Positions 28,613-38,123 of a stretch of DNA of 64,000 nt are shown in pieces (position 1 is the stretch's first letter; every line of letters starts with the position of its first letter). The notes under the pieces are model-generated. The model ran no database searches. It was not told where the DNA came from and worked only from the letters and a program-made list of their open reading frames with translations. A program made the position numbers and the translations under genes. Source of the stretch: a bacterium (GTDB lineage Bacteria; Patescibacteriota; Minisyncoccia; Phycocordibacterales; UBA6065); contig JAUXUT010000149.1 of NCBI GenBank assembly GCA_030680695.1, forward strand, positions 103,801 to 167,800, in the 5' to 3' direction.

Positions 28613-30145
28613 ATGGCCAACGGCAAGCAGGGCGACGTCGTCCTTAGGTTCGACGAGGTGTCCTTCAATTTTGGGCACAACCATCCGATTCTCACAGAAG
28701 CGGACTTTTCCGTGCGCCGCGGATCGAAGGTAACCCTGATGGGCCAGAACGGCGCGGGCAAGTCTACGATATTCAAGCTCATCACAGGCGAGCATAAGGC
28801 CGAGGCGGGCTCTGTCATCGTCACTCCGGGCAACTCTATCGCCATATCGCGCCAGGTTATACCGCGATCGGAAATGGAACTGACCGTACGGGACTTTTTT
28901 CTCAAGGCCCTTACAGGTAAAACAGGCCAGGATGCCATAGACGAGTTCAAGATATACGACATAGACCCCCGTATGGACAGGGTCCTCGATGCTGTGGATT
29001 TCCCAGGACGTTCGCAGGCTCAGGGCACGGGCAAGGCCCAGGTCGCGGGCATTTCCGAACGCATCGTGAAATCCTTTTCCGGCGGCCAGCAGGCGCGGCT
29101 TTTGCTCGCGTCGGCCCTTATACAAGATCCGGGAATACTGCTTTTGGACGAGCCAACCAACAACTTGGATCATTCGGGAATTGATCACCTGAAAACTTTC
29201 CTTAAGGCGTATCCGAAAACCGTTCTCGTCATTTCCCACGATGCTGAATTCCTCAATTCATTCACCGACGGCGTTTTGTATCTCGACATTCATACCAAAA
29301 AGGTGGAACAGTACATGGGCGACTATTACGACGTGTTGAAAGACATCACGGCCCGCGTGGAAAGGGAAAATCGCGCCAACGCATTGCTTGCCAAAGAAAT
29401 TCAGGCCAAGAAAGACCAGGCAAACATGTTCGCGAACAAAGGAGGCCAGATGCGTATCGTGGCAAAACGCATGCGCGAGAAGGCCGAAGCCCTGGAAGAA
29501 GAAATCGTCGAGGTGCGCCAGGAAGACAAGACCATCAGGAAATTCGTCATCCCATCCCAGCCTGAATTCACGGGGGAAATCATGAACATATCGTCATACC
29601 TCGTCATTAAAAACCACAAGCCGACGCGCCGCACGTGCTCGATTGTCCTCAAACGGAAACAACACCTTCTGTTAAAGGGCCCGAACGGCATAGGGAAGTC
29701 GACGCTCCTCGAATCATTGGCTCGCGGCACGGCAGAAGGAGCGACCATCGCCGACGGCGTGCGCGTCGGATATTATCGCCAGGATTTCTCGACCCTCAAT
29801 TTCGAACACACGGTCCATGATGCGTTGTTCGCGGCGTCTGCCACCCATATCGAACAGGACATACGGTCTGTAGCGGCAGGATTTTTAATCCGCGGCGACA
29901 TGATGGACACCAAAGTAGGGGCATTGTCGGAAGGGCAGAAGGGGTTGGTGGCCTTTGCCTGCCTCGTCTTGCAGAAGCCGGGACTTTTGATACTCGACGA
30001 GCCGACCAACCATATAAATTTCCGCCATATTCCAGTCATAGCCCAAGCCCTGCATGATTATGAAGGGGCCATGATATTGGTGTCGCACGTCCCAGAATTC
30101 GTGGAGAAGATTAGGATTGATGAGACTCTCGATCTCGGAAAATAG
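28613..30145 (+). CDS. ABC-F family ATPase
   Basis: Two NBDs (GQNGAGKS/FSGGQ/LDEPTNNLD; GPNGIGKS/LSEGQ/LDEPTNHI), inter-domain linker, no TM. Confidence 0.93.
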   Translation: MANGKQGDVVLRFDEVSFNFGHNHPILTEADFSVRRGSKVTLMGQNGAGKSTIFKLITGEHKAEAGSVIVTPGNSIAISRQVIPRSEMELTVRDFFLKALTGKTGQDAIDEFKIYDIDPRMDRVLDAVDFPGRSQAQGTGKAQVAGISERIVKSFSGGQQARLLLASALIQDPGILLLDEPTNNLDHSGIDHLKTFLKAYPKTVLVISHDAEFLNSFTDGVLYLDIHTKKVEQYMGDYYDVLKDITARVERENRANALLAKEIQAKKDQANMFANKGGQMRIVAKRMREKAEALEEEIVEVRQEDKTIRKFVIPSQPEFTGEIMNISSYLVIKNHKPTRRTCSIVLKRKQHLLLKGPNGIGKSTLLESLARGTAEGATIADGVRVGYYRQDFSTLNFEHTVHDALFAASATHIEQDIRSVAAGFLIRGDMMDTKVGALSEGQKGLVAFACLVLQKPGLLILDEPTNHINFRHIPVIAQALHDYEGAMILVSHVPEFVEKIRIDETLDLGK

Positions 30146-30152
30146 CTTTTGA

Positions 30153-30521
30153 ACTAGCCTTGAATTTCTCCTATATTGCCAGGATAGTTCCTGCGTTCAG
30201 AGTGGCTATACCTGTGAGCTTGAGAGCATTAATAATTGCAGGCCGATTTATTTTACAGCAAAGAATAACGGAGAAAATTACTTGGAGCTCCATCATTTAA
30301 TCCCCAAGGAATTTCGGAATGATTTCAGCTATTCCATAGAAGTATTGGCAAATTATGTAACTTTATGTCCTAGATGCCATAGGCAGATACATCTGAGTGT
30401 TGATCGGGAAAGAAAGCATCTTATTAACGCCCTTCTGGAAGAACGAAAGAACCGATTAAACCTGGTTGGTTTACCAGTGGATTTGAGGCAAATGTATGAG
30501 TATTACAAAATAGATTCTTAA
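30153..30521 (+). pseudogene. 5'-truncated HNH endonuclease (McrA-like C-terminal domain)
   Basis: Frame open from 30153 without a start: SGYTCELE...NYLELHHLIP...ANYVTLCPRCHRQIH; visibly AT-rich relative to flanks. Confidence 0.7.
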
Positions 30522-30531
30522 TCACTAGTTG

Positions 30532-30801
30532 ATGACCCCCAAAGACCCCATCCAGCGCATCGAGAAAATCATCAAAGACACCCACGACAAGGCGGGCGTC
30601 TATACTGAACCGGTCCTCAAGCGATATCCATTGCTTTTCGCTTTCCTCGTCATCTTTTCTGTCGCCGCTATCCTCCATGGCTTCGAGCTTTGGTCGAATC
30701 AGATACAACTGTTCACGGAACACCCGATCACCCTCATAGGCATCGGTGTAATCCTGCTCGTCCTCACGGGACAGCTTTATAAGTCTCTTGATAGAATGTA
30801 G
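30532..30801 (+). CDS. Small 2-TM hypothetical protein
   Basis: RYPLLFAFLVIF...LLVLTGQLYK. Confidence 0.7.
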   Translation: MTPKDPIQRIEKIIKDTHDKAGVYTEPVLKRYPLLFAFLVIFSVAAILHGFELWSNQIQLFTEHPITLIGIGVILLVLTGQLYKSLDRM

Positions 30802-30803
30802 GC

Positions 30804-31199
30804 ATGGAAAACTACACCCTCTACGCAGATTTCATCAAACCCTCATGGGCCCCTCCGGCAGAACTGTTTGGCCCGGTGTGGACTGTTTTGTACATCATCA
30901 TCGCCATTTCGTTTGGATATGCGGCGTACCTCGCCATCAAAAAGCGCATATCGTTCACGACCTTTCTGCCTTTTCTTTTGAATCTCGCATTCAACGTCAT
31001 ATTCACCCCGATACAGTTCGGCTTGCAGTCCAACATCCTCGCTTCGATAGACATCGTATTGGTGCTCGGCACCTTGATCTGGGCCATGGCTGCCATCTGG
31101 AAGCATGCACGATGGGTCGCGCTCGCCAACATCCCATACCTTGCATGGGTGTCGTTTGCTACGGTATTGCAGTTTACGATCACGTACCTTAAGTGGTAA
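30804..31199 (+). CDS. tspO: TspO/MBR tryptophan-rich sensory protein
   Basis: KPSWAPPAELFGPVWTVLY, IPYLAWVSFA. Confidence 0.9.
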   Translation: MENYTLYADFIKPSWAPPAELFGPVWTVLYIIIAISFGYAAYLAIKKRISFTTFLPFLLNLAFNVIFTPIQFGLQSNILASIDIVLVLGTLIWAMAAIWKHARWVALANIPYLAWVSFATVLQFTITYLKW

Positions 31200-31285
31200 C
31201 GACCACAGAAAATGCGAAGGGTGAAAAGGGCGCTTCGTAAGAAATATTCCCGAATTCCGTCCATAACCTCGTATCAAATATACAT

Positions 31286-31912
31286 ATGAAACCCACAACC
31301 CTTGCTTTCGCTATCGGGGCTGTCGCGCTTGTCCTCGTCATTATTGGCGTGGCTGGCTTTATGTCCGTTCGGCCCGATACTGACGTGCCAGACCAGGCAA
31401 GCGCAGACCCCGGACGCTATGAAAACGCGACGTATGGATATTCTTTTGCTTATCCTGAAGGCCACGAGGCGAGGGCGTATACACCGGATTATGTGGCGGT
31501 CGGCCGAACAACTGGCGGCAGTTTCGATAGTTCGGCCGACGTCACAATCGTGCGCGGCGATATCATCGAAAGCATGCTCGCTATGTGCGCCGCCGACGGT
31601 CCAAACGAAAGCATGTCGTGTACGAGCATCCGCAGACAAGATCCTGTCGAGACCAGCACAGGATTTTCTGGCGTGCGGTATTTTTTAAACGAGGCCGTGA
31701 CCGACACCAGCACGGGAATCACGTCCGTGCGCGAAAAGGGGCCTTTCTTCGCTTTCGACATCTCGCCTAACGTGCCTGAATCTGCTCGCGGATATCTCGT
31801 CATCCATGCGCCGATCGCTTCAGGGGCGTCGGGAACGTCGCAACTGGACCAGAACCTCATCTCGGGCATAGTAGACAGCTTGCGTGTAAGCAGGGTAGAG
31901 AATGGTTTATAA
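31286..31912 (+). CDS. Membrane-anchored extracellular protein (PsbP-like start motif)
   Basis: N-terminal TM, YENATYGYSFAYP, CAADGPNESMSC. Confidence 0.7.
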   Translation: MKPTTLAFAIGAVALVLVIIGVAGFMSVRPDTDVPDQASADPGRYENATYGYSFAYPEGHEARAYTPDYVAVGRTTGGSFDSSADVTIVRGDIIESMLAMCAADGPNESMSCTSIRRQDPVETSTGFSGVRYFLNEAVTDTSTGITSVREKGPFFAFDISPNVPESARGYLVIHAPIASGASGTSQLDQNLISGIVDSLRVSRVENGL

Positions 31913-31919
31913 TACAAAA

Positions 31920-32135
31920 ATGGAACCGCGTAAAAAACTGTACAGATCGAGAACCGACCGCGTATTCGCGGGTATTTGTGGCGGCTTGGCCCAGTATTTC
32001 AATGTCGATACAGGACTTTTGCGCCTTATATGGGTGGTGGTCGTGATATTTTCTGGGCTTTTTCCTGGGGTCGTCGTGTACCTGTTTGCAATTGCGTTGA
32101 TACCCGAAGAACCTTTCGTCGAGCCTAAGGCATAG
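31920..32135 (+). CDS. PspC domain protein
   Basis: KKLYRSRTDRVFAGICGGLAQYFNVD...IPEEP. Confidence 0.92.
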   Translation: MEPRKKLYRSRTDRVFAGICGGLAQYFNVDTGLLRLIWVVVVIFSGLFPGVVVYLFAIALIPEEPFVEPKA

Positions 32136-32136
32136 C

Positions 32137-32400
32137 ATGTATCACGTTTATATCTTGCGTTGTGCCGACGGATCGCTCTATACGGGCATAACCACGGAAC
32201 TTGAACGCCGTGTCAAGGAGCATAATGCAAATGATTCGCATTTAGGCTCGAAGTACGTATACGCCCGCAGGCCGGCGGTTCTTGTCTGGAGCCGCACCTT
32301 TGCCGACCGTTCCTTTGCATCGGTCGAGGAGGCCAGAATCAAGCGTTTGGACCGGAAAGGCAAGCTTGCCATCATCGAAACTGGAAGTGTGGTAATGTAG
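32137..32400 (+). CDS. GIY-YIG nuclease (UPF0213/YazA-like)
   Basis: YHVYILRCADGSLYTGITTELERRVKEHN...EARIKRL. Confidence 0.92.
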   Translation: MYHVYILRCADGSLYTGITTELERRVKEHNANDSHLGSKYVYARRPAVLVWSRTFADRSFASVEEARIKRLDRKGKLAIIETGSVVM

Positions 32401-32404
32401 GGCG

Positions 32405-32656
32405 ATGAAAGATATGAAAGACACGAGAAATACGAACGATTCTGAAGGCGCAGACGAGCCCAAATACCCAATGCGCATCAATAAATACCTCGCCATGCAA
32501 GGCCGAGGCTCGCGCCGTGAAATGGATGTGTTGGTAGGCGAGGGCAAGGTCATGGTTAACGGTACGCCGGCCGTCCTGGGCCAGAAAGTAGACGAGGGTG
32601 ACAAGATAGAAATCAGGTTCCGTGGACCCAAGGGCCCGCGTCCAGCGCACGGCTAG
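32405..32656 (+). CDS. S4 domain-only protein (N-terminus of an RluB/RluF-like pseudouridine synthase; possibly truncated)
   Basis: YPMRINKYLA...SRREMD...GKVMVNG...LGQKV; no catalytic domain follows. Confidence 0.75.
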   Translation: MKDMKDTRNTNDSEGADEPKYPMRINKYLAMQGRGSRREMDVLVGEGKVMVNGTPAVLGQKVDEGDKIEIRFRGPKGPRPAHG

Positions 32657-32712
32657 TTTTTGCCCACAATTTTGCCGTAATCCCACCTGACACCCCTCGT
32701 CATTGGTGGCGT

Positions 32713-33240
32713 ATGAGGCAGACTTTACCCACGATTTCCTTGGCGATCGCCATTTTGGCGCTCGCTCCGATAAGCGCGCAAGCTGCGCGTGAGGAGGCGC
32801 GATTACAGATATATCGCCCCGTGGTTTCCGTTGTTATGGACAACGTTACGCGTACCGCCACCACGACCATCGTTGTGGCGAACGTAGGTAAAGGAACAGC
32901 CGAGTCGGTCATACTACGCGATATCATGCGCGCACCGGAAGATTACATTATTGGTGTTGAGGACTGGGATCTTGGTGCCATCGGTCCGGGCGAGATCGTG
33001 CAGCTTTCCTATGGCATCACCTTTGCAGATGATGCCAAAGATGGGATATACCGATTTCTCGCAACGGTCGAGGGCCGCAACATTGCCACAATTGCCATGA
33101 ATTCAAATGGCTTTGTGACGGTAGGTACAGAAGAAGTAGTAAAGGCGCGTGTATCGACGGCATCAACACGAGCGGCACCCGAGAGGGGCCGTTTCATGTT
33201 CGGATTATTAGCTAAGAAAGCGTTGGCGTTTCTAGAGTAG
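32713..33240 (+). CDS. Secreted Ig-like (DUF11-like) protein
   Basis: Signal peptide; TIVVANVGKGTAESVILRD...WDLGAIGPGE. Confidence 0.65.
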   Translation: MRQTLPTISLAIAILALAPISAQAAREEARLQIYRPVVSVVMDNVTRTATTTIVVANVGKGTAESVILRDIMRAPEDYIIGVEDWDLGAIGPGEIVQLSYGITFADDAKDGIYRFLATVEGRNIATIAMNSNGFVTVGTEEVVKARVSTASTRAAPERGRFMFGLLAKKALAFLE

Positions 33241-33286
33241 GAAATATTTACCCCTGACTTATCCCCAGGTGGACTCGTCGCCCCTC

Positions 33287-33315
33287 TTGTAAGTGAACTA
33301 TAGTTCACCTATACT
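33287..33315 (+). promoter_or_regulatory. Promoter of the lexA operon with a palindromic LexA-type operator in its spacer
   Basis: TTGTAA-[GTGAACTATAGTTCAC C]-TATACT; perfect 16-bp palindrome 33293-33308 containing GAAC-N4-GTTC. Confidence 0.8.
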
Positions 33316-33343
33316 ACATACATACGAATAAACGAAACCATGT

Positions 33344-33550
33344 ATGAGCAAGAACCAAATGATAGGGGCGATAGAGCGTGAGATAAAGGCGTTGAATTGG
33401 CGAATAGACCTGAAAATTGTACAGGGTCTATCGTATGCAGCCGAGTCGAGGAGGCACAAGAGGCTGGTATCCCAGCTGCGTATGCTCGCCCCTCGTCGCT
33501 TTGGCATCTTCAGCAGGATGACACAGGCCATGGCCATGTTCACGCTATAA
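33344..33550 (+). CDS. Small basic hypothetical protein upstream of lexA
   Basis: 68-aa ORF between the operator and lexA (8-nt gap). Confidence 0.7.
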   Translation: MSKNQMIGAIEREIKALNWRIDLKIVQGLSYAAESRRHKRLVSQLRMLAPRRFGIFSRMTQAMAMFTL

Positions 33551-33558
33551 TCTAAGGG

Positions 33559-34134
33559 ATGATCGATCAACACAAGAAAAAAATCCAGGATTTCTTCACG
33601 AAGCATAGGCGCATGCCTGGCTACAAGGAGCTCATGGCCATAACGGGCTTCAAGTCGAAAAACGCGGTGTACAAGCTTATCAACAAGCTGGTTGATGTTG
33701 GTGTTCTCAGAAAAGATTCAGAAGGACGCATAAGTTTTGCCCAGCCGATTGGCGAGATACCGGTTCTCGGTCTCGTCGAGGCCGGCATACCGATGACAGC
33801 AGAAGAATCAGTGCTCGACACCCTCGACATCAACGCATATCTCGTCGAGGACCGAACGGAATCATACCTTCTCGAGGTGAAGGGAGATTCCATGATAGAT
33901 GAAGGAATCAAAGAAGGTGACCTCGTGGTTGCGGAGAAGGTTGGTCCACGCCTTACGCCCAAGGTGGACGACATCGTCATCGCCGAAATTGACGGTGGCT
34001 GGACGATGAAATATCTCAAGAAAAAAGGTTCACAGACATATCTAATGCCTGCGAACGCTGCATACAAACCTATTTATCCCGAGTATGACCTCAAAATTGC
34101 AGCAGTGGTGAAAGGGGTCATTAGAAAGTATTAA
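33559..34134 (+). CDS. lexA: LexA repressor (wHTH plus S24 peptidase)
   Basis: RRMPGYKELM...FKSKNAV HTH; VEAG cleavage site; VKGDSM Ser; WTMK Lys. Confidence 0.88.
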   Translation: MIDQHKKKIQDFFTKHRRMPGYKELMAITGFKSKNAVYKLINKLVDVGVLRKDSEGRISFAQPIGEIPVLGLVEAGIPMTAEESVLDTLDINAYLVEDRTESYLLEVKGDSMIDEGIKEGDLVVAEKVGPRLTPKVDDIVIAEIDGGWTMKYLKKKGSQTYLMPANAAYKPIYPEYDLKIAAVVKGVIRKY

Positions 34135-34150
34135 AGGTATAATCGGTTTT

Positions 34151-34669
34151 ATGCCGAAGCCTCATCAGAAGACCGTCGTTGTAAACGACATCATGCAGTC
34201 TGGCTATTCGTACGATCTTGTCGCGCCGATAGGGCGCGACTTTGACCCCGAGTTCAGGCCAGATCTTACCCCGAAAGAATGTCTCGCCCTTGGTGTATTT
34301 GGCGGCAAATACATGACTGATTGCACCGCAGAGTTTCCGTCGGATTGGTTCACGGATGCAAAACTCTGCCACGAACGGCACGATGCGAGCCTTAACTTTT
34401 TCAAAGTGAACGCATCTCAGCCTTTGTCGGTGTGGCGCAAGAAAGGTTGGATATATGCAGACGATCCGCGTGGTTGGTTCCAGTGGTATTGCAGATACTA
34501 TATGGGCCGTCGCATCGCGGGCGAAGATGCGCTCCAGATCAAGCGTTGGAAAGCCATGCGCCGTCACGTGGCGCAGGTCGTTCAGAAGTGCAGGAAAGGG
34601 GATTTCTCGTGCAATACACAACAAAGGCAGGCTTTGCTGCATTGGGCATATGATTCGCGTCGCATGTAA
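34151..34669 (+). CDS. Conserved hypothetical protein (W/C/R-rich)
   Basis: FRPDLTPKECLALGVFGGKY...DPRGWFQWYCRYYMGRR...QIKRW...RQALLHWAYD. Confidence 0.85.
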   Translation: MPKPHQKTVVVNDIMQSGYSYDLVAPIGRDFDPEFRPDLTPKECLALGVFGGKYMTDCTAEFPSDWFTDAKLCHERHDASLNFFKVNASQPLSVWRKKGWIYADDPRGWFQWYCRYYMGRRIAGEDALQIKRWKAMRRHVAQVVQKCRKGDFSCNTQQRQALLHWAYDSRRM

Positions 34670-34708
34670 GGTTCGCACGGCGCCCGATACCCTGTAGAAT
34701 AGGAATCT

Positions 34709-36421
34709 ATGACCCAGAAGGAAGCACTCGACATCCTCAAAACCGGCCGCAGCGTTTTCCTCACTGGCGCTGCAGGTTCCGGCAAGACGCATGTTCTGCG
34801 CGAATACATCGCACACCTCCAAAAAGAATTCATCCCGGCCGGCATCACTGCATCGACGGGCATCGCCGCCACCCACATGGGCGGACAGACTATCCATGCG
34901 TGGTCCGGCATCGGCATCCACAGCAATCTTCACGAAGACCAAATCGAGGCCATCGTCGAGAAATCTTACCTTAAATCCCGTCTTTCCAAGGCTCAGGTTC
35001 TGATCGTTGACGAGGTGTCTATGCTCCACCATTTCCGTCTCGATCTCGTTGATGCTGTATTGCGTCGGGCCAAGCGTGGCCAGACAGATTCGGCAGGAAA
35101 CGACATGTCTGAACTGCCGTTTGGCGGTGTGCAGGTGATATTCTGCGGTGACTTTTTCCAATTGCCGCCCGTCATGCGCCCAGGCGAGGAACAGGCCCGT
35201 TTTGCGTATCACTCCGAGGCATGGAAAATGCTTTCGCCCGCCGTGTGTTATCTCCACGAATCCCATCGCCAGGAAGATGATCGTTTCTTGCGTGTTCTTT
35301 CAGCCATCCGTGCAGGCGAGGCCGCATCAGACGACGCCGAAGCCATAGGTGAAATCTTGACCGAACGCATGCACGCGCCAGTCAAAGGCGGCATGGTTGT
35401 GACCAAACTTTACACCCACAACAAGGATGTTGATGCCGAGAATGAGAAAGAGCTCGCCAAACTTCCCGGCGAGGCCGCCGAATATTATATGGACGAAAGC
35501 GGGCGCGAGGCCGTGGCCGCGCTTCTTAAAAAGGGCTGCCTCGCGCCCGAGGTCCTGCGCCTTAAACGTGGCGCCAAGGTTATGTTTGTGAAGAACAGTT
35601 TCGACAAGGGATATGCCAACGGCACGTTGGGCGAGGTGACCCGGTGCGACGCTTCGAAAATAACGGTAAAGACTTTCGACGGCGAGCTCATAGACGTCGA
35701 ACCAGAAGCGTGGAAGGTCGAGGACAACGGCCGTGTCTTGGCCGAAATCAAGCAATATCCGATCCGCCTCGCCTGGGCAATCACCGTCCACAAGAGTCAG
35801 GGCATGTCCCTCGACGCCGCCGAGATAGACCTGTCCAAATCGTTCGAACGCGGCATGGGATATGTGGCGCTTTCACGCGTGCGCTCGCTCGAAGGGCTTT
35901 CCATTAAGGGCATGAACAACATGGCCATGCAGATTCACGAGGAGGCCCTCGACATTGATCGCGACTTTAAACGAATGTCAGACGAACACGCCTTCGCCTT
36001 GCAAGAAATGGGTGCCGCCCGGCTCGCCCAGATGCATGATGAATTCATCGCCCGTGCCGGCAAGCGTGAAGGGGGTGGTCGCAGCAAAGGCAGTCACGGC
36101 GGTGCGCCCAAAAAAGACACAGTCGAGGCGACCCGCGAACTTTTGGAGGCAGGGAAGTCGCTCGCCGAAATCGCAGCTGAGCGCGAACTCACCGTCGGAA
36201 CCGTTCTCGACCATATCGAGAAAATCCGCGCAGAGGATCCTAATTTAAATATTCACCATTTGCGCGAGGCGATTCCTGCGACACGGTTCAAGAAAATCCG
36301 CGCCGCCTTCCAAAAAGTCGGCACGGTGGACGGCGGCAAGCGTCCGCTCTCGCCTGTGATGGCTATCCTTGGCAAAGGTTATAATTTTGAGGATCTGAGG
36401 GTTGTGCGGCTGTTTTTGTAG
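34709..36421 (+). CDS. Pif1/RecD-like SF1B helicase with C-terminal HTH
   Basis: TGAAGSGKT, ASTGIAATH, IVDEVSM, GDFFQLPPV, LAWAITVHKSQGMSL, YVALSR. Confidence 0.92.
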   Translation: MTQKEALDILKTGRSVFLTGAAGSGKTHVLREYIAHLQKEFIPAGITASTGIAATHMGGQTIHAWSGIGIHSNLHEDQIEAIVEKSYLKSRLSKAQVLIVDEVSMLHHFRLDLVDAVLRRAKRGQTDSAGNDMSELPFGGVQVIFCGDFFQLPPVMRPGEEQARFAYHSEAWKMLSPAVCYLHESHRQEDDRFLRVLSAIRAGEAASDDAEAIGEILTERMHAPVKGGMVVTKLYTHNKDVDAENEKELAKLPGEAAEYYMDESGREAVAALLKKGCLAPEVLRLKRGAKVMFVKNSFDKGYANGTLGEVTRCDASKITVKTFDGELIDVEPEAWKVEDNGRVLAEIKQYPIRLAWAITVHKSQGMSLDAAEIDLSKSFERGMGYVALSRVRSLEGLSIKGMNNMAMQIHEEALDIDRDFKRMSDEHAFALQEMGAARLAQMHDEFIARAGKREGGGRSKGSHGGAPKKDTVEATRELLEAGKSLAEIAAERELTVGTVLDHIEKIRAEDPNLNIHHLREAIPATRFKKIRAAFQKVGTVDGGKRPLSPVMAILGKGYNFEDLRVVRLFL

Positions 36422-36463
36422 GATACGGTCAGAATTTGGCTTAAAATCGTGGTTTTGTGCCTA

Positions 36464-36493
36464 TTGACAAGTAGGGGTGTTTGGGTGTATAAT
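36464..36493 (+). promoter_or_regulatory. Consensus promoter with no downstream ORF (copy B)
   Basis: TTGACA-N18-TATAAT with GGGTG before the -10. Confidence 0.6.
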
Positions 36494-36573
36494 GTAGAGA
36501 TAAATGGTAAAAGCCCGCGAACATTGCAATGCGTTCGCGGGTTTGTGCGCCTCCTAACTACATGTTTTTCGCA

Positions 36574-36614
36574 CTATCTAATATTTGATTAAAAATTAAT
36601 CAAATATTAGATAG
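36574..36614. repeat. 19-bp perfect AT-rich inverted repeat
   Basis: CTATCTAATATTTGATTAA-AAA-TTAATCAAATATTAGATAG. Confidence 0.9.
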
Positions 36615-36665
36615 ATGTCCAAAAGATACATAGAGAGGCGGGCACCATGAGCACTGCCCGCCTTT

Positions 36666-38042
36666 TTATTTATCTTTTCGCACGCTTTTAGCTGCGCCTC
36701 CAGTAGCGGCCGCGGCTGCCGTCGACCCTGCAACCCATCCTGTAGACCAGCACAACTGCAAGCTGTAGCCGCCTGAAGGTCTGTCTATGTCGAGCACGTC
36801 GCCGATGATGTAAAGGTTTGGATACAGGCGCGATTGCATGGTGCGGAAATCAATTTCTTCCAACTTTACGCCGCCCGATGCCACGATTGCTTTGTCTGCA
36901 CCCAAAAAACCGATGGGCGTCATGCGCATGTCTTTGAGCAACTTACCGAGGCCGAGGCGTTCCTCACGCGTCACAAGGTTGATTTCTTTGTCGGCGTCGA
37001 GCTTGGCGAGTTTGATCACGGCGTCGGCCATCGCCGGGGTCACGAGCTTACCGATAGCGTTCTTAACTTTCTTGTTGGAATGTTCGGCAAAATCGGCCAA
37101 GATTTTCTTGTCGAGGGCTGCAGGGTCGAGGTCTGGGAATATGTCGAGGGAAAGCTCGACCTTTGTGCCATTAGGGCCCGGCTGGGCGTAATGCATAGCT
37201 TCGCGGATTTCTTTGGAAAACGACAGGACGAGCGGACCCGACATGCCAAAATGGGCGAATACCATGCGGCCGATGCGCGAATCGGTGCGCTTGCCATTTT
37301 CCATGATGGAAAGTTTGGCGTGCTGATGCGATACGCCGGCGAGGTCGCGGACCCATTTTTCGGCGATTTTAACAGGGACAAGCGCGGCGTCAGCCTCGAT
37401 TATGGTGTGGCCGATTCGTTTAAGCCATTCGAATCCTTCTCCGGTCGAGCCGGTTTCCGGGTGCGAGGTGCCGCCGGTCGCCAATATATATGAGTCTGCG
37501 ACCACCGTGCCTCGGTCTGTATTGAGGCCTACGACCTTGCCGTCATAGGCATGAAGGCCTTTTCCAGCAAAGCCGTGATGTACCTCGACCCCGCCTTCCT
37601 TCATGTATTTGACCAGAACGTCCCAGACCGAACGGGCGGTGTCGGTGACAGGGAAGATGCGACCCTCGTTCTCTACTTTCGTCTTCATGCCCTTGCTGTG
37701 GAAGAAGTCGAGAGATTCCTTGACCGAATGTTCAGCGAAAGTTGAAAAAAGAAACTTACCCTTACCTTTTAGTTTTGCGAGAAAAGATCTGGCATCAGGC
37801 TCGTCGTTCGTAACATTGCATCGGCCACCACCAGTGATGAGGAGTTTTTTGCCTAGTCCGTCGTTCTTCTCGAGTAGGATGACCGATCCGCCCTTGCCAC
37901 CGTTCCTTGCCGAAAGGAGTTCTGCAGCGCGTCCGGCCGCTATCATGCCCGCAGGCCCGCCACCGATAACGGCGACATCATAACGTTCGCTAAGTTTCGC
38001 CTTCGGTGCTTTGGCTTGTTTTGGTGCGGTCTTTCGTTCCAT
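36666..38042 (-). CDS. HI0933/BaiN-family flavoprotein
   Basis: IGGGPAGMIAA, GKKLLITGGGRCNVTN, GRIFP, ATGG...TGSTGEG, SGGYSLQ. Confidence 0.92.
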   Translation of the reverse strand: MERKTAPKQAKAPKAKLSERYDVAVIGGGPAGMIAAGRAAELLSARNGGKGGSVILLEKNDGLGKKLLITGGGRCNVTNDEPDARSFLAKLKGKGKFLFSTFAEHSVKESLDFFHSKGMKTKVENEGRIFPVTDTARSVWDVLVKYMKEGGVEVHHGFAGKGLHAYDGKVVGLNTDRGTVVADSYILATGGTSHPETGSTGEGFEWLKRIGHTIIEADAALVPVKIAEKWVRDLAGVSHQHAKLSIMENGKRTDSRIGRMVFAHFGMSGPLVLSFSKEIREAMHYAQPGPNGTKVELSLDIFPDLDPAALDKKILADFAEHSNKKVKNAIGKLVTPAMADAVIKLAKLDADKEINLVTREERLGLGKLLKDMRMTPIGFLGADKAIVASGGVKLEEIDFRTMQSRLYPNLYIIGDVLDIDRPSGGYSLQLCWSTGWVAGSTAAAAATGGAAKSVRKDK

Positions 38043-38123
38043 AATGCATCTAGGCTACCACGGGACGGCAAAAACAGATATCATAGGCATACATTCCCAA
38101 TACCAAACCCACTTAACCAAATT

